The translations under genes were made by a program, and so were the position numbers. A DNA stretch of 64,000 nt from positions 39,742,001-39,806,000 of the forward strand of contig OX597822.1 of the NCBI GenBank assembly GCA_951406725.2, given 5' to 3'. Numbering within the stretch: the first letter of the stretch is position 1; every line of letters starts with the position of its first letter. Shown in pieces: positions 1 to 13,891 of the stretch. The DNA comes from Octopus vulgaris (taxonomy: Eukaryota). The notes below the pieces were generated by a model, which had not been told where the DNA came from, did not search any database, and saw nothing but the letters and a program-made list of their open reading frames with translations.

Positions 1-39
1 GTTGACTTTCTATAGTCAGTGGTTGTAAGTGGGAGACTC

Positions 40-560
40 CCAAATAATCTGAATGAGGTCATAATATGCCCTATCAATAAGGGAAAACGAAGAACAACTG
101 TTTGGATTTACAGGCCTATTTGACGCCATATGTCAGCATGAAACAAGTCATAAAACGAATTCATCAGAGAGGAACTATTTTGCGATTTTAGAAGGAAACG
201 ACTTTCTAAGTGATACTCCGTCCGAGTTTAAGCTACCACACACAGTCTCTACAACATTAAAATGAGGAATTGAAACAGCTGGTCAACCAGTTAAACGTTA
301 ATGTGCTATAACTCAACGGTGCGTAGGCATTCCATAAAGTAGTAATGCGATGTTACAAGCTAGCTGAACTCAGTTGGAAATTTAGAAGAAATATTTTAGG
401 AGACAGAAATAGAATTGTTGAAGTAAATGACTCATTTTCAAGATACCCAGTAATTATGAATGGAATAACTCGAGGAAAACAGTTTTGAACTCATAACTAC
501 TTGCAAAACCTTCTCTCAGGTATGTTATTAATTATACAAACTTCCGATCATATTAGCCTT
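40..560 (+). mobile_element. Highly decayed CR1/L2-like LINE reverse transcriptase fragment
   Basis: Manual translation gives VIICPINKGKRRTTVWIYRPI (~V.PI.K.G...NYRPI), VNVL*LNGA*AFHKV (~VDVIYLDFAKAFDKV) and DRNRIVEVNDSFSRYPVIMNGITRG (~RKQRV.VNG..S....V.SGVPQG), with stops and frameshifts. It may continue to about 1400. Confidence 0.65.
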
Positions 561-1442
561 ACTGATTATATCAAAATATCATAAGGAATCCACGATCCTG
601 ATGTTGTAGAATTCTCCACGAAAGTGCTAAAGCCACATAAATGAGTTGAAAAATTTCCACAGATGTTTGAAAGGTTTCCACCAGCTCACCATCAGCCTCT
701 AACACAATACATCCATTACACACGAAAACAAAACAGACTACAACCCTAGAGACGTGAGACGTGCCAGACCAGAGTATCAAAGTTACGAATGAGATATCGT
801 TATATGCAAATAGTAAAATTGGCCTAGAAAGTGTCCGAAAACGTTTAAAAGATAAAAAGAAACCATTTTGGTCTTTTGGAAATATTTTTTTCTTTCAGTC
901 ATCCGAATTATTGTTTTCAATGTTGTCATATTAGAGTGTCATAGTCTCCGGAGCGCCAAGCAATTAAATGCTTCTGTATTAAGTTAGTACAGGAATTAGA
1001 AAGACGTTACAATATTACACCTTGAAGTGTGAAAAACAAGGTGTATAAAGTCGTATATATAACTAGGAAACCTTGGGAGGTCTGGCACAAATTTTTGTCA
1101 ATGGGAGCTATGAAAATCTCGAAATTATGTGCCACAGTATAGTACCAAATGTCTCATTCGCTACATGACACTTATAATTAGATGATTCAAGATGTTGGAA
1201 TTTAAAATATCTTAACTCTTCAATAATTTCCCCACCAAAATTAGAACTCTACATAGAAGCGTCAACATACTGAAATAACATTTAGACATTCTACTGAATA
1301 GGAAACATCTCAGATTGAACTGCATCACAGCAAAAAACATTTATGAGCGGCACCTGGGCTCTGGTCTTTTATTTACTAAATACATCCAAATAAATCCAAA
1401 CATGGCAGTACACAAGTATGGGCAGTAAAAGTGTAATATGTG

Positions 1443-1502
<60 letters not shown>

Positions 1503-1506
<4 letters not shown>

Positions 1507-2098
1507 CATACAGTAAGTAAATAGACGCCTTTAATTTTCAAAATGTCTGATCTAAGCGTCTTAATATGTTTTCAGTGGTGTAGAATTTACAATGTAATTA
1601 TTCTTTTTTATTCTAAGTGCCATTATATTAAACATTTGCGAAGAGTAACCATGCTACACACAAAAAAAATCAGCAGAACTGTCAGATTTTCAATGATGTC
1701 GTATTGTTGGTCAATCTGATGCTGGACTTAGCCAGCGAACATTTGCCGAAAATCTTCAAATTCCTCTTGCTTCTGTTAATAGAATTATAGTGCAATTCAA
1801 AAACCAAGGAAAAGAATCAACATATTCTCGTCCCGACCGAACTGGGCCGGGCCCTCGGAAAGGAAGATTCGCTGCTTGAAGAGAATTGTGGAAAACTAAC
1901 CACATTCGAAGGAATCTGACATTGCAAATCAGCTAGAAATTAGTCCAAGAACGTGTGTTCATGGACTAACCAAGAATATATCTGCATAAGCTTGGGTATT
2001 ATGAAGGAGCAGCTTGAATAACACCTTTCCTTCAACCAATTAATATCAAATAAAAGATTTTGAAAATTAAAGGTGTCTATTTACTTCCTGTATATCTA
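1503..2098 (+). mobile_element. Internally deleted Tc1-like DNA transposon
   Basis: 44-bp terminal inverted repeats including flanking TA (1501-1544 tacagacatacagtaagtaaatagacgcctttaattttcaaaat vs revcomp of 2057-2100, 4 mismatches). N-terminal HTH remnant SAELSDFQ*CRIVGQSDAGLSQRTFAENLQIPLASVNRIIVQFKNQGKESTYSRPDR; no DDE domain. Confidence 0.85.
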
Positions 2099-2102
2099 TA
2101 TC

Positions 2103-2134
<32 letters not shown>

Positions 2135-2203
2135 TGTATGTATGTATGTATGTATGTATGTATGTATGTATGTATGGAGTGTAGAAGTGGTGTATAAATA
2201 TTG

Positions 2204-2347
2204 TATACTGAGGGAAAAAGAGGTCACCAGAATTTCTGAAAAACATTTATTTATTTATTCATTATTATTAGCGCTTTAAAAGCGCTAATAGCAATGAATA
2301 GATAAAAAAATCCAAAATTCTGGCTGCCTCCTTTTTTCTCAATATAT
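2204..2347. mobile_element. Spacer-less palindromic MITE-like remnant (~70-bp arms)
   Basis: tatactgagggaaaaagaggtcaccagaatt...tagcgcttt folds onto aaaagcgcta...aattctggctgcctccttttttctcaatata, centred near 2278 with TA ends. ORFs 2073+ and 2268- end in near-identical peptides. Confidence 0.6.
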
Positions 2348-2488
2348 ACGTGTGTTTTCGCGTGTGTGTTCGTGCATGTTTGTGTGTTTTTGTGTGTGTG
2401 TTTGTGTGTGTATGTGTGTGTGCATGTATGTATGTATGTATGTATATATATATATACATACATACATATATATATATACATACATACA

Positions 2489-2656
<168 letters not shown>

Positions 2657-2800
2657 TATATCATTGTGATAATAATTTCAATGAAGAGATTTCCAAAATG
2701 ATGTTTGAATCGTTTCAGTAAACGAACATTATTTCTTATCATATATATAAGTATTTCATATATACAATATATGCAATATAGGTGATACGATTATTTTAAC

Positions 2801-3960
2801 TACTAGCAGAAAGACCACCGTCCGAATGGTTTTCTGCTAGCCCCTTGATAATATTTTCACATTTGATTCCCATTTCTAATAATTTTTATATTTTACGTCT
2901 AACCATTTCTTTGTATAATATTGCTCACTCGCTTAGTAAATATTGCTGTTGTTATTTTATCACAGTCAAAATCTCTCTTTTTTAAACAAACATCAGAGTA
3001 GTCCAACAATAGAGGGAGAAGCAGTTTGTCAAGTTTTACCTTCCTCTCAAAGCAACATAGAGATTTCAATTCAGCAGCCCATCTGTAGGCTTTGCAGTAT
3101 GTGTGAGAGAGAGAACATTGCAAACAATTAATGAAATAAACATGAAATGAAAAAAATCATATAAATAAAGGGCATTACTACAGATGTATACGTCCCCGAC
3201 TTTGTTGCCTTATAACATCCAGAAAAATGAATACTTATTAACAAAATTTTCTACAAATACGGCTTAGATGTTGTGGCTCCAGAGTACATAGGGATTTATA
3301 TGGAAATAATTTTACCGAGTGGGTGGAGAGAGGAGTTTTGGAAAATTCACACAATCTGACTTTTTTTCTTTATAAATTTCAGGAAGGCGGGTAGCTTATA
3401 ATGAAAATTTATACAAATCCCTTTCAAACTGCTTTATAAAGAAATTTGTTGGGAAAATTTTGGGGGGAATTTTCCTCATTTTTTTTTAAAATCACAGCCT
3501 GCTAAATGATGGGGTTGGAGGGAGTATTTCGTATGAAAAAGTTTTGAAAAATCTTTTCTTTTACACCCCCTGCCTCATCATCCCACTCCGGACCTATTTT
3601 GGCCAACATTTTTTTGCACTTCAAAACCATGGGAAGAGTATTTTTAGTAAAAACAAGTTTTTTTTAAAATTGTTAATATTTTCAGAGGGAAAAGTGATTT
3701 AAGGATGATTTGACTGTTGCATCTAGTACATCTAAAGACAACTCTCCTCGTTTCTTTATCACTCTCACATGTATTGATGATTTTCAATGTTTTCCTCCAT
3801 TAATATATTTATATGCTATAAAAAAAGAAAATTTGAGAAATTATAAATTTTTTGCAACCCCACTCGCTGCCTCCGATTGTTTCTGTTTAAAAATTAAGAT
3901 ATATGAGAGCCTGAGATGGTCAATGCTGGCATTTATCCATAGTGATTTTAAAAAATTAGG
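2801..3960. mobile_element. Possible non-autonomous Helitron/Helentron-like element
   Basis: Starts actag with the hairpin ctagcagaaagacca...tggttttctgctag (2803-2840), followed by an AT-rich non-coding body. Right end is uncertain. Confidence 0.3.
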
Positions 3961-4262
3961 GAGAGGTATTTGCATAGCAAGTGTCTTGATCTGAGATCGT
4001 ATGCTGAAACAAAAACAATTTCAGTGTGAAATATGTTTGTAAACCATTCAAGAACACACAAAAACGTTTGTCTCACTTCAACCTTAAAACTTCATTTGTG
4101 TCAAATTATTTTCGTCGCTTTGAAACCGTGACCTGTTCAATGACAGAACTTCACAAAAGTGATGCAGCACGAAGTTTTGTCAGTGAACAGCACACGCACG
4201 CACACACTCATTGCCTTTCATTTGTGTGAATGTGTATCTATGTGTGTGCACGAGTGTGTGTT

Positions 4263-4318
<56 letters not shown>

Positions 4319-5198
4319 TTTTGAAGTTGTGTTTGGAAACTGTGAATAAGGTACAATTTTCGAGTACTTGTCTTTTTGTTTTTTTTCTCCTCGTCTTCTA
4401 ATAGTAATTACCCAACTTTCTAGGCTCTTCTCACAGCTATGCCGCGTTCAGAATTATACGTTTATTTTTTTAAATTTTCATTTACTAAGTAAAGTTTTTA
4501 CATTACGTATTCATTAATAGCGAATTAAAACTTAAAAGAGAAAGTGAGAGACTTTGCAAATGAAAATGGAGTACTCCGTAGTGAATGCAATGAATATTTA
4601 AATTTGTGATGATTTGGACGCAATGAATATTTAAATTTGCGAGAAATTGGAGTTTAAAAAATTCAATAAACTTGAGAAATCGAAATTATAGGAAAATTTC
4701 TTTGAACATGAATTTGTAAAAATACTTCCAGGCGATCAACCCTTTAATAATTGCTTTCTTTTAGTACTTTTAGTAATTATTACATACCTAATTAATAATC
4801 AGCTTTCTCCATTATAGTATAGAAAACCATAATTGTTCATTCACTTCGTCAGATATCATTATTCGAAATAATCGAATATGTTACATTTTTTTGTATATAT
4901 TAGACATCTGTATATGTTGTATGGAATAAAAAATGTCTGTTTATTTCTACGATCATAATATCAAGTTGAATTTCTCTTTTCCTCATTGAAATCATTATTA
5001 TCATTCAATCTGTGGAGTATGTATTATGTTGGATTATATTATGGAATTGTCAAGTGTTCAATTTTCCAACAAATTGGAGTTTAACCGATGATGTTTATTC
5101 AGTTAACTAAATAGCATGTTAGCCTGGTTTCTGCATGATGTGCTGACGAGATAGTAGCCAAGATAATAACCGTCCTCCTCAATTTTATGTACGTATGT

Positions 5199-5256
<58 letters not shown>

Positions 5257-5523
5257 GTATACATACATATATGTCATTTTTTTATTTTTCCATCACATTC
5301 AAAATTTGGTCTCGTCGTGCCAATTCAAGCCGATCCTTAATTACAGTTTCTATCTGACTGAGGGTAAATTTCAGACAATCTTTAAATACACGTAGAAAGC
5401 TATGTACATGTGTGTATGTATATATATGTATGTATTTCTGACTGAAGAATGAAGGCTCTGAATTACTGTCCGTTTTTCCGTGTTTGTCAATTCGTGAATT
5501 TCACGTTCTTTATATATAAGTTT

Positions 5524-5653
<130 letters not shown>

Positions 5654-5716
5654 TATGTATACGTGTATCTGTGTATATATATAACATCATATGTGTGTGT
5701 GTATATATATATATAC

Positions 5717-6470
5717 ACCCCATGTTTAAGGAACTACACAGAAATGTGAATATTCAGGTACTCTTCAATGGTGAGCTATCTCATGAATTTTTGGTGACAA
5801 CGGTATCAAACAGGGAGATAATCCTGCCCTACACTTTTCTCTGTTTGTTTTGCTGCATTACTTTGGTATGCTTTCAAGGATTGCAGCAGGGGAATCGGAA
5901 TCAGATTTTGGACACCTGGTCGTATTTTTAATTTGGCCCGGTTTAACTGCAATGCAAAGACTTTCAAAATATTTGTTAGAGAATTATTTCATGCTGATGA
6001 TGCTGATTTGTTTGCACATTCAGAGGGGGGCATGCAACATTTAATGGGCAAATTTTCCACCGTATGAGTACATTTCGGACGCGCAGTGAGTTTGGGGAAA
6101 GCCAAAGCAATGTTTACTCCCGTGCCAGGACAAACATATTCTGAACCAAACATTGTTTTGAATGAATAAAGTTAGAAGTCGTTGACACCTTTGTGTACCT
6201 AGGAAGCACAATGTCAAGAGATGGTAGTTTTGATGCTGAGATATACTATCGAATAGGGAAGGGAAGTGTTGCATTTGGAAAGTTCGAAAAGCGAGTATGG
6301 GCGGATAGAGGTATTTATATATGAGACTTACAAGTCTCATATATAAATGCTGGAGAGATTTTATGAAAAGTACCTCCGACGTATCTTAGGAGTCAAGTGG
6401 GAAAATTTCGTATCAGATACAGAGGTTTTGCGCATGGCACGCTGCAGCTCAATTGAACAACATGTAGTAC
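5717..6470 (+). mobile_element. Decayed RTE-clade LINE RT fragment
   Basis: [34 protein letters not shown] (~GVKQGCVLAP), VRELFHADDADLFAHSEG (~LLYADD), and a downstream YLRRILGVKW motif. Many frameshifts. Confidence 0.8.
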
Positions 6471-6836
6471 TAGACAGTTAAGTATCCAAAAATTAAATTT
6501 GACTGAAATTTATGGGTGAGTGTTCTGGCTCAATCGGATGTGCAAGGAGCCATGGTAGCGTTGATATGTGAGTTCGATTCTAGCCGGAGTTAGCTCATCA
6601 TTTTTCGGCCAATTGTTTAGATAAATGTCGCTTTAAATCGCAGTATATATATATTATCATTATGATATATTATTGTATAGTTATTATATGTATATATATA
6701 TATACATAATGCAATATTACCAACCTGTTTCACACTGGGTATTAGGTATTTGGATATCAGATAGCAGGTGGGTTAACTAATATCACGTACTTCTCAGAGA
6801 CAGTAGGTATACAAAAAATCTATTGTATTCTTAGAC

Positions 6837-6875
<39 letters not shown>

Positions 6876-7010
6876 TTTATGAAAGAATGGAGTTGAACGT
6901 AGTCTATGCCCTAGGGACGTAACTTCAACCGTGTTCTTTCTGATGTGAATTTGCTACCCAGGTATCGGTTATCTTTCGAATTATCCTTAATAAGATAATT
7001 CATTCAACTA

Positions 7011-7087
<77 letters not shown>

Positions 7088-7089
<2 letters not shown>

Positions 7090-8111
7090 AAATGTCTGGA
7101 GGAAATGGGAAAACCTTTACACCTTGTCCAGCTTATTAGATCACTCTATCAAAACCAAAGGCTACAGTACGGACACCATATGTCGACACTGATTGGTTTG
7201 AGATTGGAAAGGGCACTCGGCAAGGTTGCATCCTGTCACCAGCAGCCTTCAACATGTACGCTGAAAAGGTCATAAGGAATGCAGGCCTGGAGGATAGCAG
7301 CATTGGAGTGAGGATTGGAGGAAGAAATATTAATAATCTTCGCTATGCAAATGATACAACCCTGCTGGCGGAGAGTGGTAAGGATCTGGAGGATCTTGTC
7401 CTGCTGGTCAAGAGGGAGAGTGAGAAATTTGGGCTGTACCTCAATGTTAATAAAACGAAGATCATGTCAACAGCAGCCACAACAAACATCAGCATCAAGA
7501 TCGATAATGAAGAGATTGAAGTGGTTAATGATTTAATCTTCCTTGGCTCCAAAATAAATCAAGATGATGACTGCACTCCAGAAATAAGACAGCGGATAGT
7601 ACTAGGCAGAGAGGCAATGGTCAGCATGAGCAGGGTCTGGAAGAGTAGAGACATCAGACTCGCTACCAAATGCAGATTGGTGAATGCAATTGTCTTCCCA
7701 ATAGCAACATATGGATGCGAGACCTGGATACTAAAGAAAGCTGACCAGAAGAGAATTAATGTATTCGAGCTTTGATGTTGGAAAAGACTTTTACGGATTC
7801 CATGGACAGCGAGGCTCACCAATGGAGAAGTTCTTAAGCAGATAAGGCCGAAAATGCCGCTAGAAGCTAGGATCTCCAAGCATAGATTGGCATATTTCGG
7901 TCATATTATGCGGAGAAAATCCCTGGAGAAGGACATCGGAATGGTCAGTGGCAAGAGAGGAAGAGGCCGACCAAGAACCCCCTGGCTTGACACCATCAAG
8001 AGTGATACCGGAATGGACATAGCCAATCTGTAAGAAGCGGCCCAGGATAGAACTGACTGGAGGACACTGATCCAACGAGTGACCGAGAGTCGACTTCGAC
8101 TGAGCGGATAC
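7088..8111 (+). mobile_element. 5'-truncated, relatively young RTE/BovB-like LINE (RT C-half plus 3' end)
   Basis: GKGTRQGCILSP..FNMYAE, NINNLRYANDTTLLA (YADD mutated to YAND), FLGSKI, YGCETW, FEL*CWKRLLRIPW, RGRP. 3' end gaccgagagtcgacttcgactgagcgg. Flanked by (TA)n. Contains ORF 7254-7775. Confidence 0.92.
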
Positions 8112-8264
8112 ATATATATATACGTGTATCTATATTGTTCTTAGGTTGTTTATTTATTTGAATATTAAAGCTCTGTACCATCCAGTTATTTACTACGTCA
8201 TATTTGCACCTGATTTGGTCATGTTATATGAAGCGAAACGAAGGCTTTTACCTGTAAAATAACG

Positions 8265-8475
8265 CCGTATTTTTTTCCGGTCTACAAATTAAATTTTTCA
8301 GACCAAAATTTACTGCCGAAATAAGGTTGGTCGAAGTATGCACCAAGACAACTTTGAAGAACCAAAATTTCCATGCGAAATGCAGCAGGATTTGGAAAAA
8401 TGGTGACGATGTTTGAATGCTTACACTACATGTTTACACGATACAGTACGTCGACTTGTATGCCGGAAAATACGG
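8265..8475. mobile_element. Tc2/pogo-like MITE (~210 bp)
   Basis: Terminal inverted repeats ccgtatttttttccgg and ccggaaaatacgg, followed by TA. Confidence 0.7.
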
Positions 8476-9097
8476 TATTCATATTACATCAACTCAAGAT
8501 TTTAAGATGTATTGAGTAATTTATCAGAAGGTCATCGTAGTTTTATTACCTAACATACCCAGTCTCCCTTGTTCTCGTACTCACTTTCAATTCATGTGTG
8601 TGTTGGCATGTTCTTATGTGTGTGTGTTAGCTTTTGTACGTATTTATGTTATATATGCCAATAAAAAAAATGGTTGACGTCCGGGGCGAGGTTTGAGCTT
8701 AATAGTGAAATGAAAACCAATGCATGTAAAGTAAACAACATTAGTTAAGCTAAGTGTTTATCTAATTCATGCTACTGACAGTAAAATTTGGGTTGTAGTA
8801 GTAGTAGCGATATTTCTAGAAGTTTCCTCTTATTCCTGTGACAATCGTGGGATCCATCTGCACCCTTAAGATCGTAAACAAAAGGGCTCTTAAACTCTAT
8901 TGCCCACCATTTAATTATCAATATAGTTTTTGAAAATGGCCGCTCGCTTGTGCCTTGGTCTATAATTTCACTTACAGCCAGCGAACTATTGAACCTCTGT
9001 GCTATCTCTCGACTTTCAGAAAGCAATAGCTACATGCTAGAGTTTGAAAAAAAAAGCAAAGAGAGGTACCTCTTAGATAATGTAGATCTAGAAACAC

Positions 9098-9143
<46 letters not shown>

Positions 9144-9293
9144 TACATACATGCACACATACATACATACATACATACATATACATGTGTGTAGATGTAT
9201 ATATATATATATGTAAATACGATGCAATGGTTTTAGTGCTTACTAAGGTTGACTTGGTACTAAATAAAAACAGCCGCGGCAGCAAAACAGGGA

Positions 9294-9296
<3 letters not shown>

Positions 9297-9342
<46 letters not shown>

Positions 9343-9357
9343 TAATAATAATAATAA

Positions 9358-9438
<81 letters not shown>

Positions 9439-9480
9439 GAAGAAGAAGAAGAAGAAGAAGAAGAGGAAGGATGAGAAGAA
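9297..9480. repeat. (AAT)n-(AAG)n compound microsatellite
   Basis: Read directly from the sequence; source of the poly-N/I/L ORFs. Confidence 0.95.
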
Positions 9481-10357
9481 GAGCAACAACTGTACTCTCA
9501 TTGGTTAACCAACTCCAGTCAGTTTGTATCCTGTCTTTGAAGATGTTCATAAGTTTAGTACTCACGCCACCCCGCCAAAAGAAAAAATATCTATGGCTTC
9601 ACTTAGGAGTTCTATATTTCACGAAATATTAGCAGAATCGGTAGTGCGTCAGACAAAAAGGCCTTGTGGTATTTAATTACGTCCCTTACGGTCTTGAATT
9701 CGAATCCCGCTGAAATTAACCTTGTTTTATTCTGGGAGCGATTCATTAAGTATATAAAATCTGGGTCAATAATCAAGGGTTGGTCATATCGGCTGTTACT
9801 TCGTCTGAATGTGTGGTCTTATATTCAGGAATCGCTATTTAAACGAGTTATTCTCCAATGTCGATACAGTGTACCTGTCATGTACTAATTGTAGGCCACT
9901 GTGTTGCACCTAGGAAGCTGACATTTAGCATAGGGTCACATGTTTTCGAAGAAAGACTCATGATCTACGTGAACGTATTTTGAAAGTCGTGTTTTTTTAG
10001 TTGCAGACATAAAAGTTGAGAATTATGTATACTGCTAAGTACTTCAAGACACACTGAAAAAGATACTGATTAAGAAAATAATTAATTGGGCGTAATTACG
10101 TAAATTAATAGTGTTTTGAAAAAAGAGCGTAATTTCCAATAAAATAAAGAACGGATAAATAAACAAATATAGAGCCTAAAAAATGAGTTTATTATATTTT
10201 AGCCCGTATAGTTGTTTATTTTGTTGCGCAGTTTTAAGTTCAACTTGGACGCTCTTCTAGAGAGCTTAGATCCTATAATGGTGAGTCGACAAAACACGGG
10301 CGAAACGAAAATTGCCAGCATATTTTTTAAAGAACTTTGTCCAATACAGGGAATATA

Positions 10358-10584
10358 CAAGGTGCGGCGCAAAAGTAGGTTTACGGTTATCACGTAGGCA
10401 CTTTAAATTCCTTTTAAAGCATTTTATTACATTTAAATTTCTATCTTACAAACTGAAAAGGGAGCTTGACAAAATTATGTAAATTAACATAGAATAATGG
10501 GTTCATATATTTTCTATAATTAAAATCTAAAATGTTAATATATGAATGAGAAAGAGATAGTAAACCTACTTCTGTGCCACCTTG
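10358..10584. mobile_element. Tc1/mariner MITE, copy 1
   Basis: TA|caaggtgcggcgcaaaagtaggtttac ... gtaaacctacttctgtgccaccttg|TA. Body closely matches 10862-11097. Confidence 0.85.
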
Positions 10585-10643
10585 TACACACACACACACA
10601 CACTCACACACACACACACACACATACACACACATATACACGC

Positions 10644-10688
<45 letters not shown>

Positions 10689-10768
10689 GCGTGTATATGT
10701 GTGTGTGTGTGTGTTTCTGCTCTTTCTAGTGGGTCGAATGGCCTATCAAGGCCATTCCTTAATATTAT

Positions 10769-10827
<59 letters not shown>

Positions 10828-10861
10828 TACATACATACATACATATATACATACAGATATA

Positions 10862-11097
10862 CAAGGTGGCCCAAAAGAAGGTTTACGGTTATCAAGTAGG
10901 CACTTTAAATTTCTTTTAAAACATTTTATTACATTTAAATTTCTATCTTACAAACTGAAAAGGGAGCTTGACAAAATTATCTAAATTAGCATAGAATGAT
11001 GGGTTCATATTTTTTCTATAATTAAAATCTAAACTGTTTATACATGAATGCGAAAGAGATAGCTGAATGAACGTAAACCTACTTTTGGGCCACCTTG
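10862..11097. mobile_element. Tc1/mariner MITE, copy 2
   Basis: TA|caaggtggcccaaaagaaggtttac ... gtaaacctacttttgggccaccttg|TA. Confidence 0.88.
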
Positions 11098-11552
11098 TAT
11101 ATTTTAGAAAGTTGTAAGCTCGGAAAAGGCCGGGTATGGATGCTAGTAATAATAATGCTTTCTACGATTGACACAAGTACTGATATTTGTGGGAGACGTG
11201 AGGTGGGGGTGGGGGACGTTAGTTAATTTTCTCGAGCCCAATGCACAAATGGTTCTTATTTCATCGACCCCGAAAAGAAGAAAAGTAAAGTCGACATCAG
11301 TAGAATTTTAATGCAGAACGAAATGTCTTTAATCACTTTGCTCGATGTGCTAACAGCTCTTCCAGTTTGTTGCCTTAATAATATTAATGATGATGATGAT
11401 GATGAGGAGGAGGAGCAACAGCAGCAGGAGGATGTTGAGGATTTAATTGTCACTGCATCTGATGAAGGAGATATTACAGTGACAGTCTAGAATTTGTAGC
11501 GCTTTACATATGAAGCGGCAACGAATGGACAGGAGGAGTAAGATGAGACAAA

Positions 11553-11636
<84 letters not shown>

Positions 11637-11669
11637 TGTCTGTCTGTGTGTGTGTATGGCCAATTCATA

Positions 11670-11850
11670 TGTTGAACCGTTAATCCTTAATCCCCGTTTT
11701 ATTTTTCCCTCTAAATCCGTTTTGTCGAAAGGAGCAGGTTCGAAACGTCAAAGACTTTTCCATTCTTCCCGAACGTTAACCTAATACACCTGCTTGTCGT
11801 TCCTTCACATGTCTTCTCTGTTCGTGTTGTTTTCTGTAAATGTGAACTAT
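11670..11850 (+). mobile_element. Family E short Penelope-like non-autonomous element (degenerate copy)
   Basis: Same sequence family as 24100-24270(-), 42240-42428(+), 48820-49012(-) and 55962-56152(-). Contains a hammerhead-like ...gttcgaaacgtcaaagac motif. Confidence 0.6.
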
Positions 11851-11857
11851 ATATGTA

Positions 11858-12911
11858 CAGGGTGCGCAACATATTTGATATTCTTTCGTGTTATGAGCGT
11901 GTTCATTGACCTCTCTCTCAACAACGCCCCACATGTAATATTCAAATGGATTGAGATCTGCGGAATTAAGAAGCCAAATGTTAGGGGTTATGTTTTCATG
12001 AAAATTTTCAGCCATCCATTCCTGTGTTACTAGAGTCATGTGTGATAGTGCGGAATCTTACTGAAACACATATGGCCTTCCATTGCATTCACTGTCTATC
12101 CAGAGCTTAACAATTATTTCCAGGGCCTCAATGTAGGCGGCAGAGTTAACTCTGAGGCCTTGTGGAAAGAAGTAAGGAGGCATCAAATGTCCTTCATTGC
12201 TGACAACCCCTAAAAACATGACAGTTGCAGGAAATTTTGTATGCATAACACATGGAACATAACATTTGGATGGTTATGGAAGAGTCTGCACATAACCATC
12301 TGTCATTTCTTATGTTAACGTTTTGATCTTGGAAGAAGTTTTTCTCGTTTGAGTAAAAAACAAATCAGGTCTTCTTCTACTGGATTTTTCAGTTTGTTTA
12401 AGAGCCTTTTAGATCTGATGTAGTGATTTTGTTTTGCTTTTTCTGACAAATTGACCTTTCCTTATTATATAAGACTTATATCTGATGTCTTCGTGGACAA
12501 CATTTCTGACTGTTTCTTCTGACACATGGAGATCTTTTGCAGTTGACCTCATGGACTTTCAGGGATTGTAATCAATGGTCTATTGAAGTTGCTGGATAGA
12601 TTCAGGTGTTCTGATGATTTGAGAGCGTTTAGAATTCTGTTTATGCTTTAATACTGGTGATACGTTTCCATCTTCAGTCTCTAGCTCTTTACAAACTCTC
12701 TAGGCGAAATATCTAGCAACTTTTAAAATCTTGATATTTCTAAGTCGCTATGCTCAGCCTTTATAACCACAATAACAGCATGCCTCTTCATTTCTTGAGT
12801 AAGCTGAGGTGTCTGCCACTATTATTTTCTGAAACAAAGATTATAGAGAATTAGCAAAAAATGCAGCAATGACCCCAAAAAGGTGTGTCCTCAAATACCT
12901 TACGCACCCTG
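11858..12911 (-). mobile_element. DD37D (maT-like) Tc1/mariner transposon with pseudogenised transposase
   Basis: TIRs TA|cagggtgcgcaacatatttga and tcaaataccttacgcaccctg|TA. Minus-strand HTKFPATVMFLGVVSNEG...YVFQ*DSALSH...WLLNSADLNPFEYYMWG, with 37 residues between the second D and the last acidic residue. Confidence 0.9.
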
Positions 12912-13249
12912 TATATATCCTGTATCAGGAGAGCAGCACCAATTTGTCCAGATATTGTTTGGTATGGGATCTTTTTCTTCTTTTATTTGTTTTGGGGGTA
13001 ATGCTAAATAAAGCAATATGATATAGATTTCAAATTTTTGCACAAGGCCAGAAATTTCGTGTGTATGGGTGTGGGGGGAAGGTCGATTATCTCGACATCA
13101 GTGCTCAACAAGTACATATTTTATCGACCTCGAAATGATGTAAGGCAAAATGGACCTCAGCAGAATTCGAAAGAGCAGTATGATATTGATAACAATAATA
13201 ACAACAACAATTATAATAACCCGAAGAAACCGGAAGTACTTTTATCTCC

Positions 13250-13849
13250 CTTTAAAATACCAAACTCAACACAGAATGCATTGAAAGATTTAACATGTAC
13301 TCAAAATAGAATTTTGTAAACATGCGAAAAAGACTTCATGGAACTAATAAGATTTTCTGTACCCACGACATCGATATAGAAATAATTCAGGAAACATTCT
13401 CTCTAGCGTAAACTAGAAAACTCACCACTCTGCATGATATCCAAATAAACTAAAGAGACCCCATCTATGACAGGGTTGGTCATATGACATACGTTAAAAA
13501 AGAAAACATAGTACATTTAATGTATAGATGTCACAAATGATATTGGTAAACTAATCGGAAACGGCACTGCACTAGAAATGCAAGCTTTCAAAATAAAAAT
13601 TAGCAACGCAAACCATATTAATATATTAAACATATACATGTCGACCCCCGTTCCACCGTCCTCGCCAACCGTCCCTTCAGATTACACGCCTCGGCTACAG
13701 CACTTTAACATACGCACAAACACCATCATCAGGGGACCTTTCAATGCACACACAACAACTCCTGGCTTCCTAGACAACAAGAGAAGTGATGTAATATCTT
13801 CTGAACTCGGCTGCCTTTGCTTCTCAAACAATCTACACCAACACACACC

Positions 13850-13891
<42 letters not shown>

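Noticed and set aside
4587-4640. Short tandem duplication gcaatgaatatttaaatttg x2 (33-bp period)
   Set aside because: Ordinary local slippage duplication with no further structure.
7254-7775. Functional reverse transcriptase gene
   Set aside because: 5'-truncated, frameshifted upstream, YADD mutated to YAND, and a premature stop at 7773.
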